Shown here: in pieces, positions 30,581 to 38,954 of the stretch | How the letters are laid out: every line of letters begins with the position of its first letter | How positions within the stretch are numbered: the stretch's first letter is position 1 | Assembly: GCA_965267575.1 (NCBI GenBank) | Contig: OZ254086.1 | Coordinates: forward strand, 3,488,001-3,552,000 | DNA: 64,000 bases | Direction: 5' to 3' | DNA from: Calditrichales bacterium | Lineage (GTDB): Bacteria; Calditrichota; Calditrichia; Calditrichales; J004 | Made by a program: the position numbers and the translations under genes | The notes under the pieces: generated by a model | Told to the model about the DNA's origin: nothing | Seen by the model: the letters and a program-made list of their open reading frames with translations, nothing else | The model's database searches: none

Positions 30581-31680
30581 TGTTTTTCCTTTATGGTTTC
30601 GATCAGGTTTGTAAAGTTGTAAGCGCAGTTAGCCCAGGTCAGGTCTTTTAAGGCGTGGGGGGTAATACTGCCTGCAAAGTCGTCTTGCATCGCGCTGAAG
30701 ATCCTTTCGGCCCACACGGCCGGCTTTGTCGAGTCGACTAGAGCGGCATGCTCCCCGAACAATTCGCGCACAGCGCCATTGGGATACAAAAAGACAGGGC
30801 AGCCCATCGATATGGCTTCAGCCGGAGTGAACCCAAAGCCTTCATACAAAGATGTATTGACAAAAAGAGCAGCCTTTTGGTATAAGTACTTTAATTGGCC
30901 TGTGCTCACATCCGTAAAAACAGTTATCGAATCCTTGAATGGCGTATGATTGCGCCGCCGCTGAATGCCGTCAGAATGGTTGTTGTTTTTGCCGGCGATG
31001 ATCAGGTCGAGGCGGATGTCGTATCGATTCTTCAACTCTTCAAAAATATCAATGATCAGCGGGATGTTTTTACGCTTCTCAAACGAGTTTACCGCCAGTA
31101 GATAGGGCCGGTCGGTTTGCCGTATCTCTTCCGGTTGCTCTGCACCGCCGGACAGATGGTCTGTACCGGGATAAATACACAGCGATTTTTGTTCGACCTG
31201 CGGGAAAAAACGCATCAGTTCATTGCGTGTGTTGTGCGACACGGTAACAATCGCATCGGAACGTTTTACAAAAACAGGCATCCGTTTGCGAAAATAGAAT
31301 CGTTTTACGATTGAATACCAGCCCGGATGCAGCATAAAGCCCATATCATGAAAAACGCTGATGATGCTGTACGCCGGGTGCGGCGGTGGTGTGATATAAT
31401 GTGTTGCCAGAAAAAGATCAACCTGATTTTTTAGCAATAGCTTTGGCAGCTGCTTTTCATAAAAATAAAGTTTATGCGCCCGGTTGTGCAGTTCTGTTGT
31501 TATGATTGCATCGCCGGGGCGTGCATAATTTTCAAAGTAGTGCGCATGTTTTGCTCTGCACAAAACCAATATGTTGAAACCGCGTTCCTGTTGAAGCAGG
31601 CTTCGCGTAAGATGAAGGATATAAAAGGCCGCGCCTGAAAAGCGATCTGGCAGGGCGATACAATCTAACATGACGGTCAT
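30553..31680 (-). CDS. GT4 glycosyltransferase
   Basis: 'HDMGF', 'EKRKNI', 'SLYEGFGFTPAEAISMGCPV'. Confidence 0.9.
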   Translation of the reverse strand: MTVMLDCIALPDRFSGAAFYILHLTRSLLQQERGFNILVLCRAKHAHYFENYARPGDAIITTELHNRAHKLYFYEKQLPKLLLKNQVDLFLATHYITPPPHPAYSIISVFHDMGFMLHPGWYSIVKRFYFRKRMPVFVKRSDAIVTVSHNTRNELMRFFPQVEQKSLCIYPGTDHLSGGAEQPEEIRQTDRPYLLAVNSFEKRKNIPLIIDIFEELKNRYDIRLDLIIAGKNNNHSDGIQRRRNHTPFKDSITVFTDVSTGQLKYLYQKAALFVNTSLYEGFGFTPAEAISMGCPVFLYPNGAVRELFGEHAALVDSTKPAVWAERIFSAMQDDFAGSITPHALKDLTWANCAYNFTNLIETIKEKQCKRIPSFQ

Positions 31681-31817
31681 ACTATTCCTGACACTTGATT
31701 TAACAGTGTTGTTGCGGAAACTAACGAAAGTGAAAGGCAAAACATTGCAAAATCGACGCCAGCCTAAAGTATGGCAAATAAAAATTGAACAATGGCTGCG
31801 GTTTTTGTCGCGTATTT

Positions 31818-33041
31818 CTACGACATAATTTGTTCAGCCAGATATTGCGCGTCCTCGCCGATGCCCGCGAACAGCCCCGATTTTTGCTTGTGCAGCCAGG
31901 GCAGGCCGATAAAATAGAGGCCCGGGTAATCCGTTACACCGCGCTCCTGTTTGGGATAGCCAAATTCATCCGTGACCGGCAACTTTACCATGCTGAAGTC
32001 AAAACTGTATCCGCAGGCCCAAATGATGGTTGAAATGCCGGCTCTTTGCAGATCCAGCCGGTTTATCTCCTCAAGCCTGAAACCATCATCCGGCCTGGAA
32101 ACTTCTTCCGGCGCGGCGTCCATGCCGCTTTGTTCGATAAAACCGTCAATCAGTTTTATGATTTCCTTTTCACCCTGGTCGGCGATGGTAAGTTTTTCTT
32201 TCAGGTCGCCGGCAAAGCGCATAGTTTGGCCATGTACTTCTTCCAGGTGTCCCAGCAGCGTTACGCCGTCGCGGGCAAATTGATGCAGGTTGAGGCTGTG
32301 TCCGCCGTCGCGCCCGGATACGTGCGGATTGCTCTGGAAGCGCATAGCCGGATCGGTCAGGTCGTCCGGGGTTCTGTCCAGGAAACCGCTCAGCAGGGCC
32401 CACTCAAAGAAATCCTTCCCCCGGTATCGGCGCGGTGCCCGCGGTGTGCTGCCAAGCGAGAGATATACTTTGCGTCCGGACTGATACAGCTCTTCAGCGA
32501 TCTGGCAGCCGGACTGGCCGCTGCCAACCACCAGCACAGCACCGGGTGGAAGATCATCCGGATTGCGGTATTGCGTGGTATGCATCTGTCTTACAGCCGG
32601 TGAAAGTTCACCGGAGATTTCGGGAATGCGTGGTTTTTGGAACAGCCCGGTTGCCACTACCACATTTTCAGAATGAAAAACGTCGTTATCAGTTTCAACG
32701 AGATAGCCGCCTTTGTCGGCACTTTTAATTGAGTTTACCCGGGTGTCCAGCCGCAGCGGCAGATCGTATCGTTCTACATACTTTTCCAGTCGTGTAGCAA
32801 CTTCGTCCCGTGACATAAAGCCATTCGGGTTGTCGCCGTCATATTCCGCGCCGGGCATTTTGAAAGACCAGTTGGGCGTAACAAGTGTGAAGGAATCCCA
32901 CCGCTCATCGCGCCAGACATGGGCCGGTTTGTTGGATTTTTCAAGAATAAGGTGATCGTGCTCTGCTTGCTTTAAAAAATAGCTGGTGGCCAGACCCGCT
33001 TGTCCGCCGCCAACAATAATAGTCCTGATATTTTTATTCAT
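31818..33041 (-). CDS. Flavin-containing monooxygenase (CzcO/FMO-like)
   Basis: GGGQAG, 'RWDSF', ATG, HTTQY, GSGQSG, 'GLYFIGLPW'; RBS ggagg. Confidence 0.85.
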   Translation of the reverse strand: MNKNIRTIIVGGGQAGLATSYFLKQAEHDHLILEKSNKPAHVWRDERWDSFTLVTPNWSFKMPGAEYDGDNPNGFMSRDEVATRLEKYVERYDLPLRLDTRVNSIKSADKGGYLVETDNDVFHSENVVVATGLFQKPRIPEISGELSPAVRQMHTTQYRNPDDLPPGAVLVVGSGQSGCQIAEELYQSGRKVYLSLGSTPRAPRRYRGKDFFEWALLSGFLDRTPDDLTDPAMRFQSNPHVSGRDGGHSLNLHQFARDGVTLLGHLEEVHGQTMRFAGDLKEKLTIADQGEKEIIKLIDGFIEQSGMDAAPEEVSRPDDGFRLEEINRLDLQRAGISTIIWACGYSFDFSMVKLPVTDEFGYPKQERGVTDYPGLYFIGLPWLHKQKSGLFAGIGEDAQYLAEQIMS

Positions 33042-33250
33042 GGCTCCTCCTTTTTGGCAAAAATAGGCGCTTGCTTTTTGGATTTCCAAATTGAGCCTTT
33101 ATTTTCGAAGATGTAAAGGAAAGCGCGCCGCTACTTACATGGTTGATGCTTTTTTTGTAATTTGCGATTGTATCACTTGAGTGACGGATCATACCACTTA
33201 ACCGCCAGGGATCAGGTTAAATCACAAAACTGATTCAGGATACCTTCCCA

Positions 33251-34168
33251 ATGAAAAAATTACTTTTGCTAATTGTCGCCGTTGTATTGGTATTGCTGAT
33301 TGGCTTTACCTGGTTTGGTGTCTCTGTTCAGGATATGCCGGATGAGGGGCAAGCCATAGAAATGCCGCCTGCCGAAGAAGAACCGATCGTAGCTGAAGAA
33401 CAAGAAATGCCTGAAGAGCCGGAGGAGCCGGAAGAGCAGGGAATGAGCCAGGAACCGGCCGAGGCCAAACAACCGCCCAGAGAGTCCGCAAAACAGGCTA
33501 AATCAGCGGGGCAAATGCCCATTATCGCCGATTCCGTCATTACGTACATGGCGCAATCTGAAGAGTTAAGCGGCGTGCCGACAGTTTCGGAGTTCAAGGA
33601 CGATTTTATCAGCCGCTGGAATGAATCTGTGGATGCCGTGAAAACGGCCAATATTGCCTTTAATGTGCCGGATTCTGTGATGGGCCTGCATGAAACGGTT
33701 GTTATGGATCTCCTGCTGGATATGAAAAAGACAGAGGCGCAACTGGGTGAAGCGTTACAGCAAAGGGAAAATACGGACAGCATTCTCACCTATTCCGGCA
33801 TTGAGGTTTCCGATGTGCTCGAAGCCCGGCTGATCGGTTCTGAGACGGCCTTTCGTATAACGCCGGTTACGCCGGAACGGCAAAGTCTAAACAAACAGGG
33901 TACAACGGAATGGCGCTGGGAGGTAGAGGCGTTGCAGGAAGGCAGCCATCGTTTGCACCTTACCCTGAACGCGATCGTTACGCTGGATGGCGATAAGGAG
34001 ACACGTTCAATTCGCACCTTTAACCAGGAGATTTTTGTTCAGGTCTCGCTGATGTCAAAAATCGCCGGTTTTATTGGCAAAAACTGGCAGTGGCTGTGGA
34101 CCGTGATTCTGGTGCCGGTGGCAAGCTGGCTGTGGAACAAGCGAAAAAACAAAAAGCGCGGCAAATAG
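33251..34168 (+). CDS. Hypothetical membrane protein (TM at both ends, P/E-rich linker)
   Basis: Long ORF, N-terminal hydrophobic helix, C-terminal 'NWQWLW' TM plus basic tail. Confidence 0.65.
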   Translation: MKKLLLLIVAVVLVLLIGFTWFGVSVQDMPDEGQAIEMPPAEEEPIVAEEQEMPEEPEEPEEQGMSQEPAEAKQPPRESAKQAKSAGQMPIIADSVITYMAQSEELSGVPTVSEFKDDFISRWNESVDAVKTANIAFNVPDSVMGLHETVVMDLLLDMKKTEAQLGEALQQRENTDSILTYSGIEVSDVLEARLIGSETAFRITPVTPERQSLNKQGTTEWRWEVEALQEGSHRLHLTLNAIVTLDGDKETRSIRTFNQEIFVQVSLMSKIAGFIGKNWQWLWTVILVPVASWLWNKRKNKKRGK

Positions 34169-34197
34169 GCTGGTTTTTATTCACATGGATTATCCAG

Positions 34198-34229
34198 GCG
34201 GGTAGGGCGTAACCGGGCGCCTTACCCGC
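34198..34229. terminator. Hairpin between convergent genes (bidirectional terminator or GTAG-type REP)
   Basis: GCGGGTAGGGCG-N8-CGCCTTACCCGC. Confidence 0.55.
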
Positions 34230-34253
34230 GTTCATCATTTAAGTATACCAACG

Positions 34254-35585
34254 TTATTTTAAAAGAAGCATCTTGTGGCTTTGTACCTGCCCGTCCGCCT
34301 TTAATGTGTAAATATATATGCCCCCGGCTGACGCTTCCCCGGCTTCGTTTGTACCGTTCCAGCTTACTGTGTGAAGGCCTGCTGATTGTAGGTCATTTAC
34401 AAGTGTTTTTATGCGCTTGCCGGAGATGTCATGAACAACCAGTTTTACCTGCGCGGCATGGCTTAGCAAATAGCTGATTTCTGTTTGAGGATTAAAAGGA
34501 TTAGGCTGATTTTGACGAAGCTCGAATCGACGCGGGCTTTTTAGAACAGGCGTTTCCAGGCTGGACACATCTCCGTAACGCGGATTCCAATATGATGTAT
34601 CTACGGCGAGACCGATGTCCTCGAATTTCGCGCCATAAGCCCTTTTACCGTCATGCGCTACAAAAAGCCCCATGGGAAAAGCGCTCCCCAGGCTGACGTT
34701 GGTAACATCAATGCCGTCCGTTCCGCTTACACCATCCACCTCGAAGCTCTTAACAAAAGCATGCGGCTCTTTGCGGTCATATACCTTAAACGTGCTGTTG
34801 CCCTGGCTGGAGGCCATCAGATATCCTTCGCCGTTGGCCGCATAATAGATGGTAATGCCTTCAATGTCGGCTTCCAGTCCGTTTTCGCCGACGGAAACAA
34901 TCTTCTCTTCCTGCGGGTCTTCGGAAAGGGGATCGGCATCGTATTTATAAATAGCGTCATCTTCGACGGCGGCGTAGAATTTGCCGGTTTCGTCATCTGC
35001 CACCAGGCCCTCGGTTAAACCGCCCGGCCCGTTTGTCCAGGTGCGTTTTAATTCCAGGGCAATGGTATCGTTGCCGCTGTCCACCAGTTGCCATTGTTTA
35101 AGCTGGCCGCTGCCGTTGTTGGTGGATGCCATCGCGTAAAAGGTATCGGTGCTGCGATTATGATAAAAACAGAAGCCGTAAATACTGCTCATATCGCTGT
35201 TATAGCTTTTGTGGAACTCCAACGTGCGGGTGGCCACGTCCACCGTATAGAGATGAATCTCGCTGTCATCACGGCCAAACCCGACAATATCTACTTTTTG
35301 CCCGGAGAGCGTGAAATTATAGCGTACATCGATATTCCTCGGTTCACCCTCCAATGCAATTTGCTGCAGTGTGTTACCTTCCAGGTCGTAGACAAAAATT
35401 TGGTCGCCGCTTTTGTCGGAGGTAATAACGGTACTTAAGGCTGCATCTGTCGGATGAATCCAGATGCACATGTCGTCCTGATCAACCGATTGGGGGTCCT
35501 CAAATATCTGACTTGAAGGAACGGACTGTGCCCAAAGTATGGTGGTTGATATAAACAGCAGGGTGCTAAAATATTTAAAAATCAT
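34254..35585 (-). CDS. Beta-propeller phytase with C-terminal sorting domain
   Basis: 'DDMCIWIHP', 'NIDVRY', 'EGLVAD', 'DIEGITIY', 'ASSQGN', 'TDGIDV', 'GLFVAHDG'. Confidence 0.9.
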   Translation of the reverse strand: MIFKYFSTLLFISTTILWAQSVPSSQIFEDPQSVDQDDMCIWIHPTDAALSTVITSDKSGDQIFVYDLEGNTLQQIALEGEPRNIDVRYNFTLSGQKVDIVGFGRDDSEIHLYTVDVATRTLEFHKSYNSDMSSIYGFCFYHNRSTDTFYAMASTNNGSGQLKQWQLVDSGNDTIALELKRTWTNGPGGLTEGLVADDETGKFYAAVEDDAIYKYDADPLSEDPQEEKIVSVGENGLEADIEGITIYYAANGEGYLMASSQGNSTFKVYDRKEPHAFVKSFEVDGVSGTDGIDVTNVSLGSAFPMGLFVAHDGKRAYGAKFEDIGLAVDTSYWNPRYGDVSSLETPVLKSPRRFELRQNQPNPFNPQTEISYLLSHAAQVKLVVHDISGKRIKTLVNDLQSAGLHTVSWNGTNEAGEASAGGIYIYTLKADGQVQSHKMLLLK

Positions 35586-35675
35586 ATTGGTATAATTTAT
35601 GTTAATTTAACGTGGCAGAATGATATCGAAATTTGAGTGCCAAAGCAAAAAAGTGGCATTCTTAAAAGCGCATTA

Positions 35676-35707
35676 AGCGGGAAGGGCAGATGACTACCAT
35701 TCCCGCT
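35676..35707 (-). terminator. Hairpin downstream of the DinB gene
   Basis: AGCGGGAA...TTCCCGCT inverted repeat. Confidence 0.4.
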
Positions 35708-35725
35708 CGCGCGCGATAAGAACGT

Positions 35726-36274
35726 TTACTCCTGCTTTTGGCTCCACGGAGGCACAACATCGTTGGAGCGGGCGTAGGCGATAAGCTGGCCCAGGTGTTC
35801 GGCAGCGTGGTCGCCAAGTATAAACATTGCCTGGCGTCGGGTTACTTCATTCCCAAAGAAATCGATTTTTTCGTTGGCCTGTTCGGCGCTTAAATTTTTG
35901 ACGGCTTGTTGGGCAAACTCCACTGATTTATTCAACGTGGCAATAGCCTCGTCTTTGGTCATGCCGGACTTTTCAAATCCGCGCGGGTCAACGCCTTCCG
36001 GCATCGCCGTACCAAGCATGGAGCCAAAAAAGTAGTTGGCGCCGGCCATGTGCAGCACCGATTCTTTTACCGAACGCACACCTTCCGCTGGACGCCAGTC
36101 AAACTTGTCCTCGGGAATGGCGGTGGCCAGTTGTGCCGCTTTGCCGGACGTATAACTGTAGACATTAAGAAAATCGGTTTTCATGGCATCATTGGCCTCG
36201 TCCTGAGCCGGTAATGGAATCGCCAGCAACAGAAAAAGAAATGAAGTGATAGATAGAGAAGTGCGGGTGCGCAT
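35726..36274 (-). CDS. Exported DinB-family protein
   Basis: Signal peptide, 'WRPAEGVRS....LH', 'H..EHLGQ..YAR....VPPWS'. Confidence 0.85.
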   Translation of the reverse strand: MRTRTSLSITSFLFLLLAIPLPAQDEANDAMKTDFLNVYSYTSGKAAQLATAIPEDKFDWRPAEGVRSVKESVLHMAGANYFFGSMLGTAMPEGVDPRGFEKSGMTKDEAIATLNKSVEFAQQAVKNLSAEQANEKIDFFGNEVTRRQAMFILGDHAAEHLGQLIAYARSNDVVPPWSQKQE

Positions 36275-36390
36275 AAGGTGCTCCTTGGTTAGGGGTTTTT
36301 TATTGGGACTTTGATAAAAATAAGGTGTGGGAAATTACTATTTTGGCAGGCGAATACAATATTTATTTTTCTGAACCAGTGCGACAGAAA

Positions 36391-36487
36391 TGTCATTCCC
36401 GACTCCGATCGGGAATCCATAATGTGTTGTTGGCTTTGATTATTCCTGCCATTTGTTTAACGGATACTCGCCTTCGCGGGGATGACA
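36391..36487. repeat. REP/dRS3-like double-hairpin element, copy 2
   Basis: TGTCATTCCCGACTCCGATCGGGAATCCA ... CGGATACTCGCCTTCGCGGGGATGACA. Confidence 0.9.
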
Positions 36488-36503
36488 ACCCGGGTTGGTG
36501 CAT

Positions 36504-36797
36504 TCACGCAACACTACCGATCTTATCATATTCCTGACCATGTGTCTGCAATGTGTCCCACATATCCACATTGCGTTGGAGGTTCATCCAGAATTCCGGG
36601 GTGGTTTTAAAAAAGCGGGCCAGCCGGTAAGCCGTATCCGGGGTGACCGACCGTTTGCCAAGAATAATTTCGTTGATTCGCACACGAGTCACGCCAATAG
36701 CATCGGCCAATTGTTGCTGTGTCATTTTGTGCGGCTCCAGGAACTCATGCCGGATAATTTCTCCGGGATGGGTCGGACGCCTGTTTTTAGGTAACAT
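36504..36797 (-). CDS. higA: HigA antitoxin
   Basis: 'PTHPGEII..EFL', HTH, 'RLARFF.TTPEFWMNLQ'. Confidence 0.93.
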   Translation of the reverse strand: MLPKNRRPTHPGEIIRHEFLEPHKMTQQQLADAIGVTRVRINEIILGKRSVTPDTAYRLARFFKTTPEFWMNLQRNVDMWDTLQTHGQEYDKIGSVA

Positions 36798-36807
36798 GGT
36801 TCACTCC

Positions 36808-37089
36808 TTAATGATATTGCACAAGCTCTATATCAAACACATCACCGTCTTCGAATTTAAAGCATAAGCGCCATGGGCCGTTTACCGAAATCGCCCATTG
36901 GCCTTTTCTATCACCATGCAGTTGGTGGAGTTTATTTGAAGGCGGCGATCTTAAATCGTCTATTTTGTTCGCTGCGTTGATCATGTCAAGCTTTCTTTCA
37001 AGTCGTGTTTTTAACTCAGGCGGGACTTTTTTGTTTTTGCCGGAATGATAAAAGTCCTCAAGCCAGGATTGTTTAAAGCTTACGATCAT
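36808..37089 (-). CDS. higB: HigB toxin (RelE superfamily), upstream of the antitoxin
   Basis: 'MIVSFK', 'DLRSPPSNKLHQL.GDRKGQWAISVNGPWRLCF', terminal YH. Confidence 0.93.
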   Translation of the reverse strand: MIVSFKQSWLEDFYHSGKNKKVPPELKTRLERKLDMINAANKIDDLRSPPSNKLHQLHGDRKGQWAISVNGPWRLCFKFEDGDVFDIELVQYH

Positions 37090-37094
37090 GACGT

Positions 37095-37123
37095 AATGTA
37101 ATATGCAACGTGGTCCGTTGCAA
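37095..37123 (-). promoter_or_regulatory. higBA promoter with overlapping palindromic operator
   Basis: Minus strand TTGCAA-17-TACATT-5-ATG; palindrome TGCAACG-N5-CGTTGCA at 37104-37122. Confidence 0.75.
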
Positions 37124-37130
37124 GCGGCGG

Positions 37131-37198
37131 TGTCATTCCCGGCCGCGAACGGATGCCCGCCTCCCGATTTGATCGGGACAGGTTACGCGGGGGTGACA
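37131..37198. repeat. REP/dRS3-like element, copy 3 (degenerate, nested hairpin)
   Basis: TGTCATTCCCGG...CGGATGCCCGCC[TCCCGATTTGATCGGGACAGGTT]ACGCGGGGGTGACA. Confidence 0.8.
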
Positions 37199-37261
37199 GC
37201 TCGTGGCTCCCAACCAGACTCCATTCGGAAATAACGCAACCACAGTGAGTGTCATCTGCGA

Positions 37262-37543
37262 TTAATAATGGTATCGCGCCTGCAAAAAATCAATTCGTTT
37301 TTCAGTAACCCGGTAAACAATCCTATGCTCTTGTGTCAGTCGACGTGACCATGTGCCTGGCGCCAGGTAGCGCAAAGGCTCCGGTTTGCCAATGCCCTCA
37401 AAAGGGTCGCGGAGTATATCTTCAATAATTCTGAATGTTCTTAGTGCGGTTTTGCGGTCGGTTTTTATCCAGTGCTGCAAATCCTCCCGGAATTCCGGTT
37501 GGAAGACAGCATCTCTACTTTTCTTCGGATTTTTCAAATCCAA
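37262..37543 (-). CDS. yoeB: Txe/YoeB toxin
   Basis: 'PFEGIGKPEPL...WSRRLTQEHRIVY...QARYHY'; start codon uncertain (TTG). Confidence 0.92.
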   Translation of the reverse strand: MDLKNPKKSRDAVFQPEFREDLQHWIKTDRKTALRTFRIIEDILRDPFEGIGKPEPLRYLAPGTWSRRLTQEHRIVYRVTEKRIDFLQARYHY

Positions 37544-37808
37544 GCTCTTTTTTCAGGTCATCAAGATGTGTGACGGGTTCCGTTTCAGACAGGGAACGGT
37601 TGAGCGCTGTAAGCAAGCGCTGAGCATTTTTTGGCGAACGAAGCAGGTGGGCGGTTTCAATCAGGCTTGATAGTTCAGATGAAGAAACAAGCGCAACATC
37701 CTCGGCATTTCTGCGGCTGATTAATACGACTTCTTTATCATCTGAAGCGGCATCGAGCAGTTTCGCCAGGTTGGCGCGTGCTTTTGAGTATGTTGTGTAA
37801 ATGGCCAT
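37515..37808 (-). CDS. yefM: Phd/YefM antitoxin
   Basis: 'TYSKARANLA', 'SLIETAHLLRSPKNAQRL'; RBS aggag before ATG 37808. Confidence 0.92.
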   Translation of the reverse strand: MAIYTTYSKARANLAKLLDAASDDKEVVLISRRNAEDVALVSSSELSSLIETAHLLRSPKNAQRLLTALNRSLSETEPVTHLDDLKKELGFEKSEEK

Positions 37809-37823
37809 TTCTAGACTCCTTTC

Positions 37824-37844
37824 TTGTACAGGATTAATGTACAA
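37824..37844. promoter_or_regulatory. YefM operator (twin TGTACA palindromes)
   Basis: TTGTACA-GGATTAA-TGTACAA just upstream of the yefM RBS; TGTACA cores are the known YefM operator motif. Confidence 0.8.
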
Positions 37845-37875
37845 CTTTTAAAACCTTAAAACAACCAACCGCGCT

Positions 37876-37975
37876 TGTCATTCCCGACTCCGATCGGGAA
37901 TCCAGGAGGCTTTGACTGTAACCGTAATTATTCCCGATAAGTCTACAATGGATTCCTGCCTTCGCAGGAATGACA
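37876..37975. repeat. REP/dRS3-like double-hairpin element, copy 4
   Basis: Left 29 bp identical to copy 2; right arm TGGATTCCTGCCTTCGCAGGAATGACA differs from copy 1 at one position. Confidence 0.9.
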
Positions 37976-38026
37976 ACGCAAGATAGCGGAAATGTATTAT
38001 CATAGTCCATCCCAAAATCACACGCA

Positions 38027-38905
38027 TCACAGTTTAGACACCCACCTGGCCAGCTCTTCCCCGATCATCTGCGGGTTGTCTTCCTGCAGGTAGTGGATGC
38101 CCGGACCGATGTCGACCGTTTGCAGTTTTTTGAGGTGCTCGCGGCACCACTCGACCGTGGCCGCGGGCACAACGCCGCCGGGATCTGCATGGAACAATAG
38201 CTTGGGCAGATCGGATTGCTGCAGCTTTTGGCTGTAGTTGGAGACTATATCGTGCATGTCCGCCGGTTTGCCGTCGATGGGGATTTCCAGAGGCCATTGG
38301 CGGATGGGTTTGCGCGAGGCAATGGTTTTAAAGGGCGCTTCGTAGGCAGCTTTCTCTTCGGGCGTAAGATCACGGACAATAGCCTGCGGCATCACCTGTT
38401 TGACAAAGACATTCAACACGTTGATCATAAACCAACCGATGCACGGCGTGCGCATCAGCTTAAAGCCGATTTTGAATTCCGCCGGGAAGTCGCTCCAGCT
38501 GACCGGTTTGAGAATCGCTTCCATAAAGGCCAGTGCTTTGACGTTGCTCTCGTTGTGCATGGCGTAGTGGAAGCCCAGCCCGGAGCCCCAGTCGTGTAGC
38601 ACCAGGGTGATGTTTTTGAGCCCCAGTGTTTGGATAAAGCCTTCGATGTATCTGTAATGGTCCGTAAAACGGTAGGGCAGGTCGGGTTTGCCCGACTGGC
38701 CCATGCCGATCAGGTCCGGGGCGATACAGCGGCTGTGCGGGGTGAGATGCGGAATAATGTTGCGCCACAAGTAGCTGGACGTGGGATTGCCATGCAGAAA
38801 CAGGATGGGATCACCGCTGCCTTCATCGACATAATGCATCTGCGTACCATGGACTTCGGCGTAATGGGATTTGAAGGGGAAGTGGGGGGAGATGGGGTTT
38901 GGCAT
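38027..38905 (-). CDS. Haloalkane dehalogenase (HLD-II type)
   Basis: HGNPTSSYLWR, HDWGS nucleophile/halide Trp, FMEA acid, GIHYLQED base. Confidence 0.9.
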   Translation of the reverse strand: MPNPISPHFPFKSHYAEVHGTQMHYVDEGSGDPILFLHGNPTSSYLWRNIIPHLTPHSRCIAPDLIGMGQSGKPDLPYRFTDHYRYIEGFIQTLGLKNITLVLHDWGSGLGFHYAMHNESNVKALAFMEAILKPVSWSDFPAEFKIGFKLMRTPCIGWFMINVLNVFVKQVMPQAIVRDLTPEEKAAYEAPFKTIASRKPIRQWPLEIPIDGKPADMHDIVSNYSQKLQQSDLPKLLFHADPGGVVPAATVEWCREHLKKLQTVDIGPGIHYLQEDNPQMIGEELARWVSKL

Positions 38906-38954
38906 GATTATCTTAATGGCTCCTTCTTAATAGTCTAACGTTTTAGGCAGGTTA

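Noticed and set aside
35580..35607. dif-like site (TTATGTTAATT)
   Set aside because: Only the XerD-like arm matches; no XerC arm at 6-bp spacing
35627..35642. Sigma54 promoter for phytase (minus strand TGGCAC-N5-TTTC)
   Set aside because: Lacks the conserved -12 GC
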